From contig NC_043003.1 of the NCBI RefSeq assembly GCF_006345805.1, forward strand, positions 67,022,001 to 67,086,000: DNA of 64,000 nucleotides, written 5' to 3'. This document shows, in pieces, positions 1 to 12,712 of this stretch (positions are counted from its first letter, which is position 1; each line of letters opens with the position of its first letter). This DNA is from Octopus sinensis (lineage: Eukaryota). The position numbers and the translations under genes are program-made. Under the pieces are notes generated by a model, which made no database searches, was not told the DNA's origin, and was given only the letters and a program-made list of their open reading frames with translations.

Positions 1-214
1 TTTGCTCCCTATATCCACTTCTCTCTTTCATTCACTCCCTCTCTCTCTTTCTTTCTTTAATTTTTTTTCTCTGGTATTATTATTTTCATCTTTTTTTAAT
101 TCTATGTTTTTTAAATTCATTCTTAACCCAACTTTCCTTCTCTTTTGGCTTTACTCGTTTGTATTTTTATCACATTCTCCATTTTTTCTCTTCTTCACAC
201 ACATACACACTCAC

Positions 215-1285
<1,071 letters not shown>

Positions 1286-2488
1286 AGACTACAAGTGTGC
1301 TGCTGCAGAACTGGATAAAAAACAAACATGAAGTATTTTCAGAGAAATGAAGACAAATATGCAGAGAGATACAAAAAACAAAATGAAAAACACATGAGAA
1401 AATGGAATGGTAGAGGAAAGACTAAAGCAATAGATGAAATTATATATACATACATACAAACACACACACATATATATATATACATCCATACAAACACACA
1501 CACACATATATATATATATATGTATTTATATACGTTAACCACCGTCAGCCTCTCTCCTCTCTAACAAAACGAGAAATAAGTAAAAGACAATGAAAAATGC
1601 AATATACATATAGCTGAAAAGAGATTGGAATGATAAAACAAAACAGCAATAACAACAACAACCACGATTACAACTGCACCAACTATATTGCAAGTAATAA
1701 CAACTACAACTACAAGCAAATGCCTTCTAATGTTTCTTTGTTAGAAATCGATATTTTCATTTATAATGATATTTATCCATTTTTAAAACTATATATTTTT
1801 CTTCTTGTTCTTTCTATATAAACATCAATCAACGGACGATTCTATGATATACGGCTCCTGTGCATATATATATTTATATATGTGTGTCTTTCTGTGCTTC
1901 TGTGTATGTGTGTGTGTGTTTCTGTGTGTGTATGCATGTATAATGGTATATATGTACATATGTGTGTGTGTGTGCATATGTGTGTATATATATTCATGTA
2001 CAAATATACATATATATAATATGTACACACACACACAAACATTCTGAATAAATTCCCATGTGTACATTTAATAAACTACATACTGCCTCAATGTACAAAT
2101 AGAACCTTTAGTTTCATTATCTCTCGCTCTCTCTCCCTCTCTCTCGCTCTTTGTTTCTCTCACTCTCCTTTTCTATCTCGCCCTTCCTCCCCTCTCTCGC
2201 ATCTTCTCTCTCTCCACAGGATAGACTGTAGACCAGCTTGGTTAGTTTCAACTGGTTATTGCTCTCTTGTCAACATTGTACTCACGCTTGATCCACCTAT
2301 ACATTGTACATGTGTCAGTACATATGTATATATAAATGTATGCACGTGTGTATGTATATTTATATACATGCATGTAAATATTCTAGTTTGCACCCGCATA
2401 CACACATACATGTAGAGAGAGGTAATGAACTTTTGTATATGCTTATAGATTTACACACGTTCACCCATCCACACACACAGGTATGTAT

Positions 2489-2520
2489 CTAGTCACGCAA
2501 TATACCAGGCATTGCCCGTG
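2489..2520 (-). mobile_element. Isolated Helitron-type 3' end (hairpin plus CTAG)
   Basis: ctag at 2489-2492 followed on the plus strand by ccaggcattgcccg, resembling the hairpin in the Helitron copies at 10775, 26802 and 38602. No 5' end seen. Confidence 0.4.
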
Positions 2521-3679
2521 GTCGAGGTGGTACTGTATTGTTCTTAATGAAGTCATATTCGTGTTCATAAAACAATTTTAGATATTTCGTTAAAAGATGT
2601 CTTTGATATAAAAGAGGAAATTGCTTCCCAATATAGACCGAGAGGCAGTCCTGATTTGATTAGACTTGAAGCTCCAAAATACTGGCAAGGCACAATATGT
2701 ATACAAATGGTCCTAATGCCATTAAACGTGATTCTTAAGTATGCTTAGGTATGGATTAATTAATTATGAGATAATCAACTTGCGAAAATAACAAATTTAA
2801 TTAGACTTTAAGCTCTAGTAATGAATCACATTGCATATTACTCCTTAGATACAAGTCATACTTAAATGAAAACTTAAGAAGAAAAAAAAAACGGGTATGG
2901 AAAAACGAATTAAGAAGTTTTAATTAGACACTTAATTAGGAATTAATTAGACTTTATACTCCAGCGTCAATTTCTTCGCAGAATTGTTCACTAAACCCAA
3001 TTGAATCTATTCATGTCACTTAAGAACCATTTTAGGTATGGATTTATAATTTAAGAAGCATTTTCTACTAATCACTATACACTAATTATGAAGAAATATA
3101 CAGAAACACAGTTTTTAAGCTACGTGATGAATGCAACATACAAACGTGTCTTAGACCCAGTTAACATGAAAGAAGAAATTAAGAAACATCCCAGACAATA
3201 AGAAGCCTTTTAATTAGATCATGAATCAGGTCTTAATTAGAGTTTCTGCTCCGGTGTAAATTTCTACTCATAAATATTCGGCTCCTCAAACTGAATATAA
3301 TCATTGCATGTAAGAATCATTATAGGTAAGGATTCCTAATTTAAGAAGCATTTTCACTAATTAACATATCCTCCTCATTGAATATGGAAAAATACCTTTA
3401 ACTGGCATCGGAATCCTTCCTCCATTACTGATGCTGACTTCAGTCAACACATAATGCATGTCGCTTTCGTTCAATCAATTCTTTACTCATATTCATTCGC
3501 ATTCAGATCATCAGAATACGAACATGCCTGATTTTAATCTTCCTCTAGTCAACACATTCAGTAAGGGGACATCAAAAATAAATTATCATGGAGGACCATT
3601 ACGCACCTGGCGATCCTGAGCAACTTTCATGTTCTCCTGATCTTGTCACCTCTCAAACTGATCCACACCTGATTCAGCA

Positions 3680-4555
3680 ATGAATATTGGCGGGTCCCGG
3701 TCGGAAACTGCGGATGTAGCTTCGGCCTGTCAGCCTCCCGTTGTAAATGATCGCTCATTACACTGTGTTATCCACAGCAGAAAGTCTAAAGAGAGCGCTG
3801 AAAGTGGACTTCTACATCCGCTCTCAGAGCAGAAATGGCGATCCATCCAAAACGCCGCATCAAAACGCTCAAGTAAAAAAAGATTCCGTACATCCATTTA
3901 TTACGACATCATCCGAAAGCTACCAGAAACATTTTCTGATTTGCACGGATACCACAGTGGTTGTTATAAAGATTTCACAGCTATCACAGATGAGGTTCAG
4001 CCTCTAGAAACGACTCCTAATCCATTACCAAGAAAACGCAAAATACCAACAGTGGTGCCCACATCTTCTGCCGGCATTTACTCTCAGGTTTGCGTATTCT
4101 GCGATTTGAAGTGGAAGTCGAAAGGCCGGAGTTGAGAAGAGAGTCTGACTACTTGTCAAACTTTCAATGTTCAAGAGTCAATTAAATGGGCAGCCACGAC
4201 AATAGCAGCAAAAAACAATGATGACACTGTGCTCCGAAAAATCACTGGAATAAATATGATCGCTAAAGAAGTAAAGTACCATCAAAGCTGAAAGAATATT
4301 TTCTCCAAGCGTGCACGAGCTTTGAAGGAAAAGGATGACAAAACGAGTGAACCAAAATTACTTTCTGACTACATAAGAGAATACCTACTGAATGAGAAAC
4401 GACCGGAATTGCTGATATCACTTTACACACGACATGTCGAATATTGCCAGGATGCCGGGGTTGATTCGTTTTCAACAGTTCAGTATTTGAGTAAATGGAT
4501 CGTGCGAAAATTCGAAGACAATATCAAAGTACAATTGCCCAAGGGTAATTCTTGA
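3680..4555 (+). pseudogene. Decayed N-terminal part of a probable transposon protein with Cys/His motifs
   Basis: ORFs 3680-4135 and 4322-4555 are one frame interrupted only by TGA at 4133 and 4289. Motifs: HCVIH, YHSGCYKDFT, CVFC, IAKEVKYHQS*. Truncated by the right inverted arm. Confidence 0.6.
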
Positions 4556-4577
4556 ATTAGGAATCCATACCTATCAG

Positions 4578-4660
4578 CACCACCCCAGGTGGTGCTATTA
4601 AGTTAGACATGGCCTGGGCCAATAATGGCCGAAACCTATCAAAGTATCAAAGTATCATTC
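4578..4660 (+). mobile_element. Very short 3' tail of the CR1-like LINE family 2, inserted in the right arm of the TIR element
   Basis: ccaggtggtgctattaagttagacatggcc...ggccgaaacctatc(aaagtatc)n matches the LINE ends at ~9245-9310 and ~42680-42740. Confidence 0.7.
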
Positions 4661-5149
4661 TTACATACTATGATCATATTCATTTTGATAAGCCGAATAT
4701 TTTTGTGAAAGAATTTACACCGGAGCAGAAAGTCTAATTAAGACCAAATGAACGATCTAATTAAAGATTTCTTATTGTCTTCCAATACCTGGGATGTTTC
4801 TTAATTTCTTCCTTCCATGTCAACTGGGTCTAAGACATGTTTCTATGTTGCATTCATCACCGTAGCTTGAAAACAGTGTTTCTGTATATTTCCTCTTAAT
4901 TAGTGCGGGGTGCTTAGGGCAAGTGCCTGCTACAATAGCCGCGGGTCGAGCAGTGCTGCGAAGGAGGACAGTGAAACGTTTCAGAAAACTTGGTCGTTCT
5001 GTACGAGAGAGAGAGAGAGATGGGGAAGGAGGAGAGAGAGAAAAAGAGAATACAGGTCTTAACTCTAAGCTGTCCGTTTTCGGAAAGAGAGAGGGAGAGA
5101 GGTAGAGAGAATGAGTGAGTAAGAGAGAAATATAGAGGTAGTGAAAGAC

Positions 5150-5201
<52 letters not shown>

Positions 5202-5824
5202 AAGAACTAGTGTGATATGGTGTGAGTAATGTCGGAGATGGTGAAGGCAATGTGAGAGCTTCATCATGGAGTCTAGTGTATAACGATGTGAGAAGAAGTT
5301 AAGTGTAGGAGAGAGATGGTTAAAACAGTAACAAAACCAAGGCCCGAGGAAATGGTAAGAGCAACTTAGAGGAAGTGGACAAAAAGGCAAGAGGAAAATC
5401 CATACAAGTACAATAACAAGGCTGCAGCGATAAATATGGCGAGATTTGGAATGAATTGGCCAGAGTGGCCTGAACAAAGGATTCATACAAGTTGCATAAG
5501 AAAAATAAATTAGAAAACTAGTAAGCCATGAGTATATTAAATTGTGATGAGTATGAGTTGCAGAGCCAAAGAAGATATACGGAGAGTATGCATGTTATTT
5601 TGGATAGTAAACATTCAACGGGTAAGAAAAAGAAAGAAAGGAATTTGTGAGGAAGTTGAAAAGAAAACCGCCATATTTTGCGGCGTATGAGACATGAATC
5701 TTTATTTTTAAATTTATCCAAAAAATTGCCCTGCGCCCAAACTTACGACTGGAAGACCAAGTGTTGCTGACCAAGGACCCAGATAAGGCTACGTCTCTTA
5801 GACGCAATAATTGCTACTAATAGT

Positions 5825-6027
5825 GGTTTCAAATTTTGGCACAAGGCCAGCAAATCTGGGTGAGATTGTGGTCGATTGCATCATTTCCCAGTGTTCAACT
5901 CGTGTTTATTTCATCGACCTGAAACGAAAAGCCGACCTCCCCGGAATTTGAAATCAGAACGTAAAGACAGACGATATGCCACTAGGCGTTTCTCCTATCG
6001 TATTAATGATTCTGCCAGTTCGCCATC
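5825..6027 (-). mobile_element. SINE family A (tRNA-type head, A/B boxes)
   Basis: Reverse complement of ggcgagctggcagaatc...gagttcaaattcc...ccttgtgccaaaatttgaaacc, repeated many times in the window. Confidence 0.85.
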
Positions 6028-6635
6028 TTAATAAAAATAATTATTAAAGGGTTATTTTAAAAGCAATAAAAGAATTGATATGTACTTTTTTTAGTCACTT
6101 TCTTCTTTTGATTCGATTAAATCAAGTTTTATTCTATTTGTCTCGGCAATAAAAAATTATTTATTTCATGAATTTTATTCTAAAACAGAGAGAGAGATAG
6201 AGAGTTTTATACCTAAAAATATAGATCGCTCAAGATCAAGAGTTCACTTAGACAACGAGCCTGTGATACAGTTTCGATTGCAATGCAACGATCTTATAGG
6301 GAAGACATTAAATTAAATATTAAAAAAAACAATGACATAAAAGTCACAAAAAATAATTTGTTTTTCTTTAAAAATATTATAAAAATATATCTGAGTGGAA
6401 TTTACGGCAAATATTTTCAAAACAGAAAGATAATAGATATTATAAAAATCGAATTAATAGAGAAAAGAGAAACTAAAGACATTATAAACATAGATTTGAG
6501 ACCTAGTTTCAGGTTCATCGTGTCTAACATCATTTATATATATATATATATATTGTTGTACATTGAGATGATCATTTTATTTATTTTATTTTGTCAAATA
6601 AAATCACGCACTATATATTTTTAATGTATGCATTT

Positions 6636-6667
<32 letters not shown>

Positions 6668-6818
6668 CTTTATTTTAAGCAGCAGAAAATTCAACAAAAT
6701 CTGTTACTCTGAGTTTCTCGTTGCCGTATCAGACAGTTTTGCTAGCAAAACTGTCTGATGAACGGCAACGAGAAATCAAGTAACAGATTTTGTTGAATTT
6801 TCTGCTGTTAAAATAAAG
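6668..6818. repeat. ~150-bp near-perfect palindrome made of two inverted Penelope-type termini
   Basis: Centre gctagc at 6741-6746; arms ctttattttaa.gcagaaaattcaacaaaatctgttac... and ...gtaacagattttgttgaattttctgctgttaaaataaag. Confidence 0.9.
6746..6792 (+). ncRNA. Minimal type-I hammerhead ribozyme-like motif (degenerate)
   Basis: Stem I caaaa-ctgt / acag-a-ttttg, core CTGATGA (6755-6761), short stem II CG-GCAA-CG, GAAA, GTA cleavage triplet. The mirror copy on the minus arm retains the ACTC-A-GAGT stem III. Confidence 0.55.
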
Positions 6819-7160
6819 CATATTACTCTACCACTGGTATTGAGTACTCTTTTTTCCCTTGTTTCACATTTATGTGTTTACTCCGGTATATATAATATAT
6901 ATATAGTATGTATGTATGTATGCATGCATGTATGTATGCATGTATGTATGTATGTATGTATGTATGTATGTATGTATGTATGTATGTATGTATGTATGTA
7001 TGTATGTATAAATTAATGTATCTGTACATACATAGAAAGTGCGGTGAATAAATTGTAGTCTAAATTACACAAAAATGAAAATAATGCTGACATCTCATTT
7101 TAATAGATATATTTACCAAAATTTCATAAAAAAATATTTTTTTAATTCTAAAGAGCAAGT

Positions 7161-7763
7161 TTATTCAATAAAATTGCCATTAGCTTCAACCACCGCCTCC
7201 ATACGACTACGGAATCTTCTGCATCTCTTCTACATGTTGGTGAATGTTGCCATAATCCTTGCCTTCAGTTCATCTTTGGTGTTACAAGTTTTTATTGGCC
7301 TCTCGCTCAACTGCGCTCCATTAATAATAATCAAGGGGGTTGCAGTTTGAAAAGTTATGTGGCCAGATGTTAGGGGTGACGTGGTCGCAGAAATTGTCTG
7401 ACAGCCATGACTGGGTTCTCCTGCTTGTGTGGCATGGTGTAGAGTCCTGTTGCCAGATATAGGATCTTGCAGCAGCCACCTTCTTGAACCAGGGTAACAC
7501 TATCATCTCCAAACATTTGGAGTGTGAGGTCGTGTGAGAAGATGAATAGAGGCATAACATCACCATCACTAGTGATCACTCCAAACACCATGATGTTGAC
7601 TGAATGTTTGATTTTTATCACACCCGGTAGATGTTTAAGGGACACAGCAGACACTCAGATTGGCACCCAAACACTCTGAAATGTTCGTATTGGAGCTTCT
7701 GGCGCGAATACCAAGCAGTAAGGCATGTCGTTTCCAAATTTCTGGCAGAGTGAATTGCGTCAT
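7161..7763 (-). pseudogene. Internally deleted Tc1/mariner-superfamily transposase (maT / DD37D-like)
   Basis: N-terminal MTQFTLPEIWKRHALLLGIR... fused to VMVFGVITSDGDVMP, WQQDSTPCHTS, WPHNFSNCNPLDYY (cf. WPPxSPDxNPxD), ending EANGNFIE*. Frameshifted. Confidence 0.85.
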
Positions 7764-7977
7764 AGTGCTGTTTTTCTCACACATGGTGCCCAACTGACCC
7801 TACTATACTGTTCAGTCGACACAAATCATATATCAGCAATATGGCGACATTTTACCCATCGCACCCTTCACATGATGTTATATACATTCTAATACATTCA
7901 CTGTGTGCGTCCTTTTGACTTCTGTTGTTTTTGCTTAACTTCTGCTTTTATATATGGTTTTAATCATTTTTGCCAGA

Positions 7978-8070
7978 CTGGAGCAGCGTAAAATAAAGCG
8001 TCTTGCTCAAGGACCCAACGCGCCGCCGAGAATCCATCAACCGACCTCACGACCGTGTGCCTAATGCACC
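7978..8070 (-). mobile_element. Fragment of SINE family D
   Basis: ctggagca...aaataaag.gtcttgctcaaggac.caacgc resembles the reverse of the head/core of the copy at ~54275-54555. Confidence 0.55.
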
Positions 8071-8380
8071 TTCACATATGCTATTCATTACTGGAAGGAT
8101 TGAAATTAGGAATTTGAATGGAAGTCCAAGTATTTAAAGTTACAAACAACATATTTAGAAACTATGTTGCCTACGTACACAAGTATATTGATGATGATTA
8201 TGATGAGGAGGAGGACGACGACGGCGGTGGTGGTGGTGGTAATGGTGGTGGTGGTGATGATGGTCGTGATGATAATGGTGATGACGACGACGTTGCTCGA
8301 TTTGAGCGTTAATAAAAATAATTTCTTGCGAATGGGATCTATAGTCAATCGATTCAACAATATTATTACGTGCCTAGTTG

Positions 8381-8451
<71 letters not shown>

Positions 8452-8456
<5 letters not shown>

Positions 8457-9772
8457 TCCGCCAAGGAAGGAGGTTATGTTTTCATCGGCATTGGCTTGAC
8501 CGTCTGTGTGTAAAACAACTCAAAAAGTTGTGAACAGTATTTGATGAAACTTGCAAGAAAAGTTGGTAATAATGCAAGGAACTGATGATGAAATTTTGGT
8601 AGTGATCCAGGAATTTTTATGGATTCTTGCAGGATTTTCATTTGTTATATTTTCTTTAGATGAAGTATTAATGTTATGTTCTTTGATAATCTCCCTTGAA
8701 AACACGTTCATCGTTTCTATGTAACTTATGGTGGCGTTGCCGTTTCCAAAGTTTATTTTCGTTTTTCTATTAGTAATTTTATTCACGTATCGATCTTAAA
8801 ATGAGCTGGTTGGCGGAGGTCTGCGGAGGATAACATGACAGGCCTTGACTAGTAGGATCGACTCAAAAAGCTCAGGCTTTGCTCCGTCCACCGCCGCTGT
8901 GAGCTCTATATCATCTGTATGATGTGGAAAATATTCCATCAACATTGCCCATCTTTAAAATTCGACCGAAGCTTGATTCCCGTGCCATCCGTCCACTACA
9001 GAAATATTCGTGTCATATCACAACACTATTACAGAACTATTTCACCTCAATTGGCCCTGTTTTTTTCAGCATCGTGTCAGATACACATAAAGGAGGAAAG
9101 TGACTTCACGGCATTCAAACTATCTGTAGATGATTACCCACATCAAATGGCAGATTAACCACCCACACCCAGATATGTCTCTGAAAACAATAACCCTCTG
9201 CTTGAATGGGCTACGGTTCATCAGAGCTGGCTGTGTATCTCTTCCAGGTGGTGCTATTAAATTATACATGGCCTGAGTCAACTTCGGCCGAAACTTATCT
9301 AAGGAATCTAATCTATGCTGTAACTTTTTAATCAAAGCATGACAATGTAGAGCTGATATCTTAAGATTTCTGATGGTCTTAAGCATTAAAAAACATTTTT
9401 TAAAGATTTATATAGAACTACATTCATAGTATGACTATTAGCTATTCTGTTTAGACCTGGTTTTAATAAAGCAATCCGAAATTAGAAAAATCAAAAATCT
9501 GCAACAATTTCGGTCCCATGGGTGTCGGATAATGGATTATCAACTGCGTAAAGAAACTGATTGTGGTGATCGTAGTTTTGACGGTGATTGTGGTGAAAGC
9601 AGAGACAGTGTTGATGATGACGATGGTCGAAATAATATGGGAGGAGGATAAAAAGTATGTCTTATGTTTTTGCCGGCGTTGGTTTGGGAAATTGGGCCAT
9701 TTTCAGCATACTTGTATATAAGTGGAATTGAGCTGCTTGACGGATGTCAGCGGTCTCCGAGTGCTTTTCTAG
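8452..9772 (+). mobile_element. Non-autonomous Helentron/HINE-type element(s) in an (ATT)n tract, interrupted by a LINE fragment
   Basis: acctccgccaa (8454-8464) and its exact inverse ttggcggaggt (8810-8820). A second 3' end gagctgcttgacggatgtc...tccgagtgcttttctag ends at 9772. (ATT)n on both sides. Confidence 0.55.
8826..9315 (+). mobile_element. 5'-truncated CR1-like LINE family 2 (3' fragment)
   Basis: Aligns by eye with 42230-42740 and ends with the ggtggtgctattaa...catggcc...ggccgaaac.tatctaag tail. Confidence 0.75.
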
Positions 9773-9773
9773 A

Positions 9774-9875
<102 letters not shown>

Positions 9876-9897
9876 TTATTATTATTATTTTATCATA

Positions 9898-10765
9898 CCG
9901 GGCGAAATGCTTGTATATTCTGAGTTCAAATTCCGCCGAGGTCGAGTTTGCCTTTCATCCTTTCGGGGTCGATATATTAAGTACAAGTTGCCCACTTGGG
10001 TCGATGTAATCAACTGCGCCCACTTCGCCAAATTTCAGGCCTTGTGCCTATAATAGAAAGGATTATCATACAGGTAGATAAGGCAATGAGGTGGCAGAAT
10101 CATTAGCACGTCGGGCAAAATGCTCAGTGGCATTTCGCTCGTCTTTGCGTTTTGAGTTCAAATTCCACCGAGGTCGATTTTGCTTTTCATCATTTCGGGG
10201 ACGATGAAAGGAGTACCAGTTGAACACTGGGATCAATGTAATTAACGTACGAATACCCCACCCCCCGAAGTTGCAGGCCTTGTGCCAAAAATTGAAACCA
10301 ATATTAACAACTTCATTAAGGCCATGAGCTGACAGAAATGTTAGCTCGCGAGACAAAATGCTTACGGCATTTCCTCTGTCTTTATAATCCAAATTCAAAT
10401 TCCACCGAATTTGGTTTTGCATTTTTTTTTTCGGGGTCGATAAAATAAGAGCGAGTTGAGCACTGTGGTTGAGGTAATCGACAACCCACTCTCCCCAAAA
10501 TTGCTGGCCTTGTGCTAAAATTTAAATCCATTATTATACAGGCAAGTAAAGCAGCAAGCTGGCAGAATCGTTAGTACGCTGGACGAAATGCTTAGCGGTA
10601 TGGTATTTCTCCTGTTGCTACGTTTTGAGTTCAAATTCCGCCAAGGTAGTCTTTGCCTTTCATCCCTTTCGGAGTCGATAAAATAAGTACCAGTTGAACA
10701 CTGGGGTCGATGTAAACGACTCATACCCATCTCCCCCAAGCTGCTCTTGCGGCAAAAATTTAAAA
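9898..10765 (+). mobile_element. Four head-to-tail SINE family A copies
   Basis: Copies start at ~9898 (partial), 10084, 10321 and 10549; each has gagttcaaattcc and ends ccttgtgc..aaa.ttt.aa. Confidence 0.85.
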
Positions 10766-10774
10766 TAATAATTA

Positions 10775-11141
10775 CTAGCACTATGACCCGGCGTTGCCGG
10801 GTCCTACAGCTAGTGCATGCATATACAGCTGCATGCGTGCGCACATACACGCGAGTACTGCCCAAATCTGCGACCAATCACATACAGCTAGCTGGCATTC
10901 AATTGGCGTATCAAGTTTCGGGCATTTTGATTGGGTTTTGGATAGAAAATACACAAAATGTCACTTCTATTGATTTTTTAATGGCTTTGCCGGGTGACTG
11001 GGGAAATGTAAAGATGTGCACGACCACCCTTCGACGGTTTTGAATGACCTTAGAAAGTGTGAGCCCTTTAACTGAAAAAATGTGGATTTGTATAAAGGAC
11101 ACACACACAGACAGACAGTTTGCCGTATATATACAGAGAGA
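10775..11141 (-). mobile_element. Non-autonomous Helitron
   Basis: Minus strand starts TC after an A, ends in hairpin ccggcaacgccggg plus CTAG, followed by T (A/T insertion site). Confidence 0.75.
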
Positions 11142-11423
11142 TTAGTAGGTCTTTAATGTAACTCTGACAGTTAAAATAAGATTTGAAAGAAGATACGTAT
11201 ATAAAATCTGAATCCTTCAGCTTTTTAATAGAGCAGTGTATCGTTTTTCCTAATGCAATGTGCTAAGTTAAGAATCAGACATTACCTCTGGTTAATTTAG
11301 AAATAGAATCACAGCAGCTGTTGAATTACCGAAATATATTCACAGTTATCAGAATCACAAAACCACCCGAAGTTCAGACTCGCATACAGGAAGCACCAAC
11401 CACTTGTTAACCTTTATCTTTTA

Positions 11424-11620
11424 CTTGTTTCACTCATTAGACTGCAGTCATGTTGGAGCACCGCCTTGAGGAACGTTAATCGAACGAATTTCTGCCAGTA
11501 ATTCTTTTTTAAAATTCTGGTACTTATTCTATCGTCTCTTTCGCTACACCGTTAAATTATGGGACCGTAAACACACTAACAGCGGTTGTCGACAAGTGTA
11601 GCGTTCAAATACAGACACAA
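11424..11620 (-). mobile_element. SINE family B 3' portion
   Basis: ttttacttgtttca.tcatt.gactgc.g.catg.tggagcaccgcc is the reverse of the family B tail. Confidence 0.8.
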
Positions 11621-11672
11621 TAACACACACAAATAATACACACCACGCAAACACACATACACATATATGTAA

Positions 11673-11713
<41 letters not shown>

Positions 11714-11714
<1 letters not shown>

Positions 11715-12105
11715 TTTCGGTGAGAATGGTTTTGTTATACGGTGCCGTGTTTTAAATCCTGTAAATAATAATTTATATATTATTTACAGGATTTATATAA
11801 GCTGGTATTTATATAAGCTTAAAGCGATCACCGTGCAATGACTAAAGAAAATAGTCTAATAAAGGGCTATATAAGCCCTCGACAGAATAAAGAAGGCTTT
11901 CTTATCCGCGTGAGACTCGAACCCAAGTCCCTTTGCTAACACGACTAAGTGTGTTACCTTTACATCACCGAATTAGCCTCCCTGTTTCTGTCAATTTAAA
12001 AATTATATTAGTTCCTATTTGTTTTATGTAAACAAACTTTTCATATGCTTTCGGTGCGAAAAGTTTTGTTATACAGTGCTGCATTTTAAACTCCTGGAAA
12101 TAATA
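11714..12105 (-). mobile_element. Element with ~55-bp direct terminal repeats and an internal tRNA-like segment, in (TA)n
   Basis: ctttcggtg.gaa..gttttgttatac.gtgc..gttttaaa.tcctg.aaataata at 11714 and 12048; tRNA-like minus segment 11906-11969 with B box GGTTCGAGTC. Confidence 0.6.
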
Positions 12106-12117
12106 GTAATATAAACA

Positions 12118-12132
12118 CTATATATATATATG

Positions 12133-12164
<32 letters not shown>

Positions 12165-12181
12165 TTATATATAATATATAA

Positions 12182-12264
<83 letters not shown>

Positions 12265-12265
12265 G

Positions 12266-12335
<70 letters not shown>

Positions 12336-12375
12336 TACATAGATACATATATATATATGTATGTATGTATGTATG

Positions 12376-12400
<25 letters not shown>
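12118..12400. repeat. (TA)n array
   Basis: Direct reading. Confidence 0.95.
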
Positions 12401-12408
<8 letters not shown>

Positions 12409-12544
12409 ATTGGTGAATTGAAGAAATGGAGCTGAACGCTGTGATTTTTGCTACTAAGGTATCGGTTAAACTTTTGATTAATCTACTACAAGATTATTCA
12501 TCTTTCTATTTCACATAATATATATATATATAATATATATATAT

Positions 12545-12712
12545 ACACGCTTCTTTCGGTTTTCGTGTTTCAAATCCAAAATCCACTCACAAAGCTTTGG
12601 TCTACCCAAAGCTTTAGGAGGACACACTTGCACAAAGTGCCACGCAATGGCACTGAACCCAGAACTATATGGCTGGAAACCAAAGTTCTTAACACACAAC
12701 CACCTCCTTTAT
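12545..12712 (-). mobile_element. SINE family B head fragment
   Basis: aaatccactcacaaagctttgg...gacacacttgcacaaagtgccacgca.tgg.actgaaccc. Confidence 0.8.

Larger units (their letters stand above)
2740..4905 (+). mobile_element. Unclassified DNA-transposon-like element with long inverted arms, internally deleted
   Basis: About 3080-3345 is the reverse complement of about 4551-4905 (e.g. tttctgctccggtgtaaa at ~3243 vs tttacaccggagcagaaa at ~4713). The left side has extra ~145/290 bp subrepeats (TTAATTAGAC, TTAGGTATGGAT). Confidence 0.7.
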
